A stretch of DNA of 34,702 bases. Origin: an uncultured Gammaproteobacteria bacterium (GTDB lineage Bacteria; Patescibacteriota; Patescibacteriia; Patescibacteriales; CAZXKB01). Location of the stretch: contig CAZXKB010000029.1 of NCBI GenBank assembly GCA_964641285.1, positions 1 to 34,702 of the forward strand, given 5' to 3'. This document shows positions 26,061 through 32,190 of the stretch, in pieces; position 1 is the first letter of the stretch; each line of letters begins with the position of its first letter. A program made the translations under genes and the position numbers. The notes under the pieces were generated by a model. It made no database searches and was not told the DNA's origin. It saw only the letters and a list, made by a program, of their open reading frames with translations.

Positions 26061-26322
26061 TGCCAAGCATTTTAAGTGTATCGCCATATTCTTTAATCGC
26101 CTTAGCAACACCCTTGCCAATTTCATTTTTAGTTTTATCAGTTAACCCACTACCAACTATATCTTCTAAGTCTTTTTTATAAATAATATAATTCCTTCCC
26201 ATTTTTTCTGCTTTTAATTGGCCTCTTTTAATTTTATTAAATACAGCAATACGACTGATATTTAAAATTTCAGCTAATTCTTTAACTGTATAGTAATTTT
26301 TTTTATTTTCATTATTGCCCAT
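26053..26322 (-). CDS. Excisionase/MerR-type HTH DNA-binding protein, putative antitoxin of Doc
   Basis: 89 aa. YYTVKELAEILNISRIAVFNKIKRGQLKAEKMGRNYIIYKKDL is an HTH_17-like motif. The gene sits upstream of doc and is translationally coupled to it. Confidence 0.65.
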   Translation of the reverse strand: MGNNENKKNYYTVKELAEILNISRIAVFNKIKRGQLKAEKMGRNYIIYKKDLEDIVGSGLTDKTKNEIGKGVAKAIKEYGDTLKMLGNE

Positions 26323-26327
26323 ATATC

Positions 26328-26381
26328 TGTTAACTTATATTTATAGATTAACATATGTTAACTTTATAGTCAATAGTTAAC
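26328..26381 (-). promoter_or_regulatory. Cluster of GTTAAC palindromes in the TA-operon promoter/5' UTR (operator candidate)
   Basis: GTTAAC occurs at 26329-26334, 26357-26362 and 26376-26381. The first two are embedded in a repeated TGTTAACTT spaced 28 bp apart. All lie within 60 nt upstream of ATG 26322. Confidence 0.35.
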
Positions 26382-26427
26382 AAAAAAATACCGCTAAAAT
26401 TAGCGATATTTATAAACCTTAATAAAA

Positions 26428-26495
26428 TGGGGTGGCTAGAAGGCCCTCCTTCGCTTGCGCTTCGGCGGGTAAAAATTGAACCCTGGTTCAATACG
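26428..26495 (-). pseudogene. tRNA-His 3'-half duplicate interrupted by a GC-rich hairpin
   Basis: Bases 26428-26440 are identical to 26546-26558 (TGGGGTGGCTAGA, i.e. the acceptor 3' strand plus CCA). Bases 26474-26484 are identical to 26562-26572 (the T-loop region). In the real gene 3 nt separate these blocks; here it is 33 nt (26441-26473). No 5' acceptor strand is present. Confidence 0.5.
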
Positions 26496-26504
26496 CCTCT
26501 TAAT

Positions 26505-26543
26505 CACACAAAAATAAAGCAGGGCATCTACCTTGCTTTATTT
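26505..26543 (-). terminator. Intrinsic terminator after tRNA-His
   Basis: On the minus strand: AAATAAAGCAAGG-TAGATG-CCCTGCTTTATTT (12-bp stem with one bulge) running into TTTTTGTG. Confidence 0.55.
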
Positions 26544-26545
26544 CT

Positions 26546-26620
26546 TGGGGTGGCTAGAGGGAATTGAACCCTCGTCACAGGCGCCACAAGCCCGTGTTCT
26601 ACCATTGAACTATAGCCACC
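26546..26620 (-). tRNA. tRNA-His (anticodon GUG) with encoded G-1 and CCA
   Basis: The reverse complement GGTGGCTATAGTTCAATGGTAGAACACGGGCTTGTGGCGCCTGTGACGAGGGTTCAATTCCCTCTAGCCACCCCA folds as a cloverleaf. The anticodon loop is TTGTGGC, and G-1 pairs with C73 as in bacterial tRNA-His. Confidence 0.93.
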
Positions 26621-26698
26621 ATAATCCTATACCGAAGGGCGGTAATCTAAAAAATGCAAAATTACAAATTTCTAATTACTAATTTCAGATTGCCCAAT

Positions 26699-27232
26699 CT
26701 AAATCCTATAAAAATAAACCTTCTCATGTTTATCAGCCTCTATTTCTTTCTCGCTGGTCATGTTGGGCAAAAAAAAGGCATAGCTGATAATTATTGTACC
26801 GGACCGACACTCCTGCTTAAATTTATCTTCCAGCTTTCTCATCATGTCCGGGTTTAAGTAGCAATAAATAACATTAGCCTCATTTAAATCAACTTTAAAT
26901 AAATTCTCTTTTTTTAATATTAGCTTGTCTTTTAAAAAACTGTTTTGAATTTGGCCAAGCAAATAAGGTAGAAACGAATATTCTACTCCAACTAACTTGG
27001 CTCTGGGATATTTTTTCCGGCAAGCATGTAAAAATCCGGCACGCCCACAGCCTAATTCATAAATGGTCGCATCATCTTCAACTTTTAATTCCTCTATTAT
27101 CCTCTTGATGACCTTTGGTCTAGTGCAAACAAAAGGGGCGAAACCCCGAAAACAAATATTATAAAATTGAACAGTGAAAAATACCAAAAAGATTAAGATT
27201 AAAATTAACAAAATAAATAAAGCTACAGCCAT
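26699..27232 (-). CDS. Membrane-anchored class I SAM-dependent methyltransferase
   Basis: The track ORF extends through tRNA-Arg, so the real start is ATG 27232 (MAVALFILLILILIFLVFF = TM). SAM motif I is IYELGCGRAGF. Confidence 0.6.
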   Translation of the reverse strand: MAVALFILLILILIFLVFFTVQFYNICFRGFAPFVCTRPKVIKRIIEELKVEDDATIYELGCGRAGFLHACRKKYPRAKLVGVEYSFLPYLLGQIQNSFLKDKLILKKENLFKVDLNEANVIYCYLNPDMMRKLEDKFKQECRSGTIIISYAFFLPNMTSEKEIEADKHEKVYFYRI

Positions 27233-27292
27233 ATTTTTAAAATTATTTATTAGTAATTTAAATGTAAAATTTATCTTATTTCTTGTCAATTG

Positions 27293-27364
27293 TACGCCCA
27301 GGGGGAGTCGAACCCTCATAGCCAGCTTAGAAGGCTGGTGTTCTATCCGTTGAACTATGGGCGC
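27293..27364 (-). tRNA. tRNA-Arg (anticodon UCU)
   Basis: The reverse complement is GCGCCCATAGTTCAACGGATAGAACACCAGCCTTCTAAGCTGGCTATGAGGGTTCGACTCCCCCTGGGCGTA. The anticodon stem is CCAGC/GCTGG with loop CTTCTAA. There is a G1-U72 wobble and one A-C mismatch in the T stem. No CCA is encoded. Confidence 0.82.
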
Positions 27365-27482
27365 AAATTTTAATAGCAACCTAATCAAAAAATGTAATTT
27401 ATTCTAAAATAATATGCGTAAAATAAAATTGCCCGATATGACAACAGCTAAAATATACCAAAATTTCACCAATAAGTCAATC

Positions 27483-27511
27483 TTGCCATTTTTTTTAAAT
27501 TATGCTATGGT
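27483..27511 (+). promoter_or_regulatory. Promoter candidate for rpsO
   Basis: TTGCCA (27483-27488), a 17-nt spacer, then TATGGT (27506-27511). Confidence 0.3.
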
Positions 27512-27541
27512 TAGCTAGTGTATTAACTAAATAATAATATA

Positions 27542-27582
27542 CCTTATCTTGGATATGGAATTTTGCCATTTCTCGGATAAGG
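27542..27582 (+). promoter_or_regulatory. Hairpin in the rpsO leader whose 3' arm contains the Shine-Dalgarno
   Basis: CCTTATC (27542-27548) pairs with GATAAGG (27576-27582). The SD AAGGA is at 27579-27583, 7 nt before ATG 27591. There is an inner ATGG/CCAT helix. Confidence 0.3.
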
Positions 27583-27590
27583 ATCAAATT

Positions 27591-27992
27591 ATGCTGGATA
27601 AAAAAACCAAACAAAAAATAATTAACAAGTTTAAAATTCATGACACTGATACTGGCTCCACTCAGGTACAAATCGCCATTTTGACTGAAGAAATTAAACA
27701 ATTAACAGAGCATCTTAAGGCCCACAAGCATGATCATTCCTCCCGTCGGGGTTTGCTTAAAAAGGTAGGTGAAAGAAGGCGATTATTAAAATATTTGCAA
27801 AAAGAAGACGAAAAAATATTTGCTGATTTAGCCAAAAAATTAAAATTGAAAATTGCTAAAAAAATGGTTGAAGATGAACAGGAAAAATTAAAAATAGAGC
27901 AAGAATTACTAGCCAAACAAGAAATAAAAGTCGATAACGGTTTACTTGAGGAAAGTAAAATTGAAAAAAATAAAAATCTTAACCATAGCTAA
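27591..27992 (+). CDS. rpsO: 30S ribosomal protein S15 with K/E-rich C-terminal extension
   Basis: The start is chosen at ATG 27591 (good SD; the track start at 27549 adds a non-conserved MDMEFCHFSDKDQI). FKIHDTDTGSTQVQIAILTEEIKQLTEHLKAHKHDHSSRRGLLKKVGERRRLLKYL is the S15 core, and about 45 further residues follow. Confidence 0.9.
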   Translation: MLDKKTKQKIINKFKIHDTDTGSTQVQIAILTEEIKQLTEHLKAHKHDHSSRRGLLKKVGERRRLLKYLQKEDEKIFADLAKKLKLKIAKKMVEDEQEKLKIEQELLAKQEIKVDNGLLEESKIEKNKNLNHS

Positions 27993-27997
27993 AATCT

Positions 27998-28495
27998 ATG
28001 ATAAAACATCGAGACCAAAGAATAGGAGTGTTGATAGATGTAGCCAATATGTATCACTCGGCTAAAAACCTGTATAACAAAAAGGTTAATTTCAAAGAAG
28101 TTCTAAAAGAGGCGGTAGCCGGCCGTAAATTAATTAGAGCTACGGCTTATGTTATAAAAACAGAAACGGAAGAAGAGATGCCTTTCTTTGAGGCTCTAAG
28201 CCAACAGGGGTTTGAGGTAAACATGAAAGATCTGCAAATTTTTGCCGGCGGGGCCAAAAAGGCGGACTGGGATGTCGGCATTACGGTTGATGCTATAAAA
28301 TTAGCTGACAAGCTTGACGTTATAATTTTGGTTACTGGCGACGGTGATTATCTGCCTTTAGTTAGCTACTTACAAAATACTAAGGGTTGTCTGGTAGAAA
28401 TAATAGCTTTCCGCCAAACTGCTTCTACTAAATTAGTTGAAGAAGCTGATGATTTTATTAATTTAAGTGAAAATAAAAAATTCCTGCTAAGATAA
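27998..28495 (+). CDS. NYN-domain (LabA/DUF88-like) protein, putative ribonuclease
   Basis: 165 aa. RIGVLIDVANMYHS...ADWDVGITVDAI...DVIILVTGDGDYLPLV matches the acidic-residue pattern of NYN/LabA. It starts 5 nt after the rpsO stop. Confidence 0.8.
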   Translation: MIKHRDQRIGVLIDVANMYHSAKNLYNKKVNFKEVLKEAVAGRKLIRATAYVIKTETEEEMPFFEALSQQGFEVNMKDLQIFAGGAKKADWDVGITVDAIKLADKLDVIILVTGDGDYLPLVSYLQNTKGCLVEIIAFRQTASTKLVEEADDFINLSENKKFLLR

Positions 28496-28540
28496 TACTC
28501 TTAAAAAATATTTTACTTATAAGTATTAATTAATAATTAT

Positions 28541-28687
28541 TTGGCCGTTAGATAAATAGCGCTGTGGGAAATTCTCATAGTCCTGTAATCTGATGGCCAA
28601 GTAGGAAAAAGTAAATGCAAAAATTAAATACAGGATGGCGGAAAAAATTATAAAATTTTAAATTGTCATTTTTTTATTTTTGCATTT
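28541..28687 (+). promoter_or_regulatory. Structured 5' leader of pnp
   Basis: A 13-bp stem pairs TTGGCCGTTAGAT (28541-28553) with ATCTGATGGCCAA (28588-28600); two of its pairs are G-U, valid only on the + strand. An alternative pairing is TCCTGTA (28581-28587) with TACAGGA (28629-28635). An 11-bp inverted repeat, AAATGCAAAAA (28613-28623) / TTTTTGCATTT (28677-28687), ends 10 nt before ATG 28697. Confidence 0.45.
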
Positions 28688-28696
28688 TAAAAAATT

Positions 28697-30994
28697 ATGA
28701 ATAACGAACAAGTGTTTAGTACCCAATGGCTTGGCCGCACTCTCACTATCAAAAGCGGTAAATTAGCCAAACAGGCTAATTCGGCTGTTACTGTCCAATA
28801 CGGAGACACCGTAGTTTTGGCTACGGTCGTAGAAGCCAAAGAAGAAAGGGAAGGCATAGACTTTTTCCCCTTAATGGTTGATTTTGAAGAGCGCTTTTAC
28901 GCAGCCGGTATTATTAAAGGCTCTCGCTGGGTAAAAAGAGAAGGCCGGCCGTCAGACGAGGCCATTTTAACCGGCCGCATGATTGATCGCTCTATCAGGC
29001 CTCTTTTTCCCGATGAAGCCCGCCAGGAAGTACAAGTAATAATTACTGTTTTATCCGCCGACCAAATAAACGACCACGATATTGTCGCCCTCTTAGCGGC
29101 TTCAACCGCCTTAGCTGTCTCCGGACTGCCATGGACTGGCCCGATCGGCGGAATAAGAATAGGGCGAGTTGACGGACAATTTGTCTTTAATCCTACCTAC
29201 GAAGAAAGGGGGAAAAGCGACCTTGATTTAATTGTAGCCGGTACAGATAAAAAAGTAATTATGATTGAGGCTGGAGCCCATGAACTAAAAGAGGAAGAAA
29301 TGCTTAAAGCTATTCGCTCCGGACAAAAAGAACTACAAAAATCCATTGAGTTGATAAAAAAAGTGAAAAAAGAAGTAAAACCTCTTCATTGGGTGGCTAA
29401 AAAAGAAAAGAATTTAAGCTCAGAAGAAATAGAAGCTAAAAAAGAAAAGGAGGATTTGATTAGCCTAACAAACGAATGGCTGGAAAAAAATATAAAAGGT
29501 ATTCTGTTTGATAAAATATACTACACTAAGGGCGAAAGAAAGGCCGCCGTAAAAGCCATTAAAGAAAAATTAGATGGTTACTTAACGGAAAAAGGCGTTG
29601 GTAAAGATAAGCGGGAATATGTGCTTAAACAATTAGTTGATCCACTGGTAGAAGCAGAGGTGACCAAAGAAATCCTGGAAAATAAACGCCGAGTTGACGG
29701 CCGCGGATTAGATGAAATCAGATCACTGTCTGCTGAAGTGGAAATCTTACCCAGAAATCATGGCTCCGGACTTTTTTCCCGCGGAGAAACACAAATCATG
29801 TCTATTGTTACTCTGGGCCCCTCTAGCATGGCTCAATCCCTGGAGGGCATAGAGGGAGTCGGCACAAAAGGATTTATGCATCATTATAATTTTCCTCCTT
29901 TTTGTACGGCTGAAACCAAACCGATACGTTCAGCCGGGCGTCGGGAAATTGGACATGGAGCTTTAGCGGAAAAGGCCCTTTCGCCTATAATTCCGGACAA
30001 AGAAAAATTTCCCTATACCATCAGGGTAGTCAGTGAAACTTTAAGCTCTAACGGCTCTTCTTCTATGGGTTCTACCTGCGCCTCCTCTCTTTCTTTAATG
30101 GATGCCGGCGTACCGATTAAAAAAGCCGTAGCTGGCATCGCTATGGGGCTGGCCTCCAATAAAGATATGAGTCAATGGGAAATTTTAACTGACATCCAGG
30201 ACTTAGAAGACGGCCCTGGTGGTATGGATTTTAAAATAACCGGTACGGTTGACGGCATTACCGCTATTCAACTAGACACTAAAACTACCGGTTTAACTGA
30301 TGAAATTATTGAAAAAACCCTTAAACAGGGGCTAAACGCCCGCCTGCAAATTCTCAAGGTGATGAATAAGGCCATAGACAAGCCACGAGCCGATCTTTCG
30401 CCATATGCTCCGCGCATTATTAGCTTCCATATTGATCCGGACAAAATACGCGATGTTATCGGCGCTGGAGGAAAAACTATTAACAAAATCATTGAAGAAA
30501 CAGGAGCCTCTATTGATATAGAAGATGATGGGCTGGTTATGGTTTGCGGCACCGATAAGGTTGGCAGCGCTCAAGCGGTTGAACAAATTAAAAATATAAC
30601 CCGCGAATTTCAAGTGGGTGAAATTTTCACCGGCAAAGTTGTCCGCTTAATGGACTTTGGCGCCTTTGTAGAATTAGCTCCCGGCCGGGATGGCATGGTG
30701 CATGTAAGCGAATTAGCTCCTTATCGCATAAATAAACCATCTGACTTTTTAGATATTGGCGACAATGTGGGAGTAAAAATAAAAGAGATTGATGAACAGG
30801 GCCGGGTTAATTTAACCATGCTCGGGCTTACCGAGAATGAGCACCTGTGGAAAGACGGGAAAGGCAAAACTACTGCTTATCAAAGAGATAACTACCGCAG
30901 TACCGGGAGACAGGGGCGGTTCCAGCCCCGGGGTGGCGGCCAGAGTCGGTTTAATCAACGAAATAATAAAAATAATTTCAGACCTCAAAGGTAA
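28697..30994 (+). CDS. pnp: Polyribonucleotide nucleotidyltransferase (PNPase) with Arg/Gly/Gln-rich C-terminal tail
   Basis: 765 aa. It has two RNase PH domains (FPLMVDFEERFYAAG; RVDGRGLDEIR...), a KH domain (IGAGGKTINKI) and an S1 domain (GKVVRLMDFGAFVEL). An extra ~55-aa tail contains RQGRFQPRGGGQSRF. Confidence 0.96.
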   Translation: MNNEQVFSTQWLGRTLTIKSGKLAKQANSAVTVQYGDTVVLATVVEAKEEREGIDFFPLMVDFEERFYAAGIIKGSRWVKREGRPSDEAILTGRMIDRSIRPLFPDEARQEVQVIITVLSADQINDHDIVALLAASTALAVSGLPWTGPIGGIRIGRVDGQFVFNPTYEERGKSDLDLIVAGTDKKVIMIEAGAHELKEEEMLKAIRSGQKELQKSIELIKKVKKEVKPLHWVAKKEKNLSSEEIEAKKEKEDLISLTNEWLEKNIKGILFDKIYYTKGERKAAVKAIKEKLDGYLTEKGVGKDKREYVLKQLVDPLVEAEVTKEILENKRRVDGRGLDEIRSLSAEVEILPRNHGSGLFSRGETQIMSIVTLGPSSMAQSLEGIEGVGTKGFMHHYNFPPFCTAETKPIRSAGRREIGHGALAEKALSPIIPDKEKFPYTIRVVSETLSSNGSSSMGSTCASSLSLMDAGVPIKKAVAGIAMGLASNKDMSQWEILTDIQDLEDGPGGMDFKITGTVDGITAIQLDTKTTGLTDEIIEKTLKQGLNARLQILKVMNKAIDKPRADLSPYAPRIISFHIDPDKIRDVIGAGGKTINKIIEETGASIDIEDDGLVMVCGTDKVGSAQAVEQIKNITREFQVGEIFTGKVVRLMDFGAFVELAPGRDGMVHVSELAPYRINKPSDFLDIGDNVGVKIKEIDEQGRVNLTMLGLTENEHLWKDGKGKTTAYQRDNYRSTGRQGRFQPRGGGQSRFNQRNNKNNFRPQR

Positions 30995-31010
30995 AAAATA
31001 CTTAACCTAA

Positions 31011-31044
31011 AACAGCCGCCAAAAAAGTGGCTGTTTTGCTTTTA
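31011..31044 (+). terminator. Intrinsic terminator after pnp
   Basis: AACAGCCGC (31011-31019) pairs with GTGGCTGTT (31027-31035), giving 9 bp with one G-U. The loop is 7 nt, followed by TTGCTTTT. Confidence 0.65.
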
Positions 31045-31140
31045 TGTCTTCTTCTCCGTAGCTATAATTACTTTATGCTTTGTTTAAGTTCTGTTATAAT
31101 ATTAAATAAATAAAACATACTTAAATTACATCAAGAATAT

Positions 31141-32118
31141 ATGCCTACTTCCAAACAAAAATCCTTGTCTCGCTCTGGCTCCCGGCAAAATAAACAACCA
31201 GCCGGGCAAATCCGCAAGGCTTATTTACTGAATAAATATGTCATTATTACCCCCGGCCGGATTAAACGTCCCCGGGACATCAAAGAACAAACTATTATTG
31301 AACGAACCGCTAACTGCCCTTTTTGTCCGGAAAACATTATTAAAGATAATATCGTTGATGAAATAAAGGGTGGCCACAATAAAAATTGGCAGGTCTTAAG
31401 TATAAAAAATATTTACCCGGCTGTTACTCTGAATAACGGAAAAGCTTATGGCACTCAAGAAGTGGTCATAGAAACGCCCAACCACATCAAGGAACTGGCT
31501 GAATTAGAAGAAGGCCAAATTGAAAAAGTTTTACGAATGTACGCCCGCCGCACCAAAGCTATTAGCAAGATAAACAAAATTGAATACATTCTCTGTTTTA
31601 AAAACCAAGGCTCTAAGGCCGGCGCCTCTATTGTCCACGCCCATTCCCAAATTTTTGCCACTAATATTGTCCCCCCGGATCTCAGAGAAGAGTCAGGACT
31701 AGCTCAGTCTTATCGCGTTGAACATAAAACTTGCCCTTATTGCGATATCCTTGCCAAAGAAATGAAAAGTAAACGAAAAATCTTTGAAGACAATAATGTT
31801 GCCGCCTTTACTCCTTACGCCAGTGAGTATCATTACGAAGCCTGGATATTCACTAAACGCCATCTGGACAACATCGCCAATTTAGACAACCAGGAATTTA
31901 AATCTTTTGCTAAAATTTTAAAAAAAATATTAGTAAAACTCCAAGGCCTTGATTTATCTTTTAATTTTTTTCTCCATGATGTTCTGCCTGACAAAAACCA
32001 GCACGTTTATTTAAAAATTCAACCCCGCGATAGTATTTGGGCTGGGATAGAGCTTGGCTCAGGGCTGGTAATCAATTCCATCCCTCCTGAAACAGCGGCC
32101 AAATATTATAGAGAATAG
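31141..32118 (+). CDS. GalT-like nucleotidyltransferase (HIT superfamily; galactose-1-phosphate uridylyltransferase / ADP-glucose phosphorylase type)
   Basis: 325 aa. It has an N-terminal Zn-knuckle (CPFCPEN), a second CPYC pair and the catalytic H-x-H-x-Q motif (VHAHSQIF). Confidence 0.65.
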   Translation: MPTSKQKSLSRSGSRQNKQPAGQIRKAYLLNKYVIITPGRIKRPRDIKEQTIIERTANCPFCPENIIKDNIVDEIKGGHNKNWQVLSIKNIYPAVTLNNGKAYGTQEVVIETPNHIKELAELEEGQIEKVLRMYARRTKAISKINKIEYILCFKNQGSKAGASIVHAHSQIFATNIVPPDLREESGLAQSYRVEHKTCPYCDILAKEMKSKRKIFEDNNVAAFTPYASEYHYEAWIFTKRHLDNIANLDNQEFKSFAKILKKILVKLQGLDLSFNFFLHDVLPDKNQHVYLKIQPRDSIWAGIELGSGLVINSIPPETAAKYYRE

Positions 32119-32190
32119 ATTAATTTAATTTAAAGTCTACTGTTAATAATCCATTTAATAAATCTAAAATCGCCAATCAACAATTAAGTT

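Noticed and set aside
26061-26126. Longer Doc start at 26126
   Set aside because: It would overlap the antitoxin gene by 74 nt and adds a non-conserved basic peptide. ATG 26060 gives the typical 8-nt TA-style overlap.
26428-26495. Second functional tRNA-His
   Set aside because: It has no 5' acceptor strand, D arm or anticodon arm, and the T arm is disrupted by a 30-nt insert. I treat it as a fragment or scar, or possibly an sRNA, but not a tRNA.
27233-27388. Upstream 52 codons of the track ORF 26699..27388
   Set aside because: They translate through tRNA-Arg (27293-27364). The ATG at 27232 gives a sensible TM anchor followed by the methyltransferase fold.
28588-28600. Hammerhead-like CUGAUG in the pnp leader
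   Set aside because: The sequence is CTGATGG, not the CUGAUGA core. There is no matching GAAA/stem arrangement, and it is better explained as the 3' arm of the long leader hairpin.
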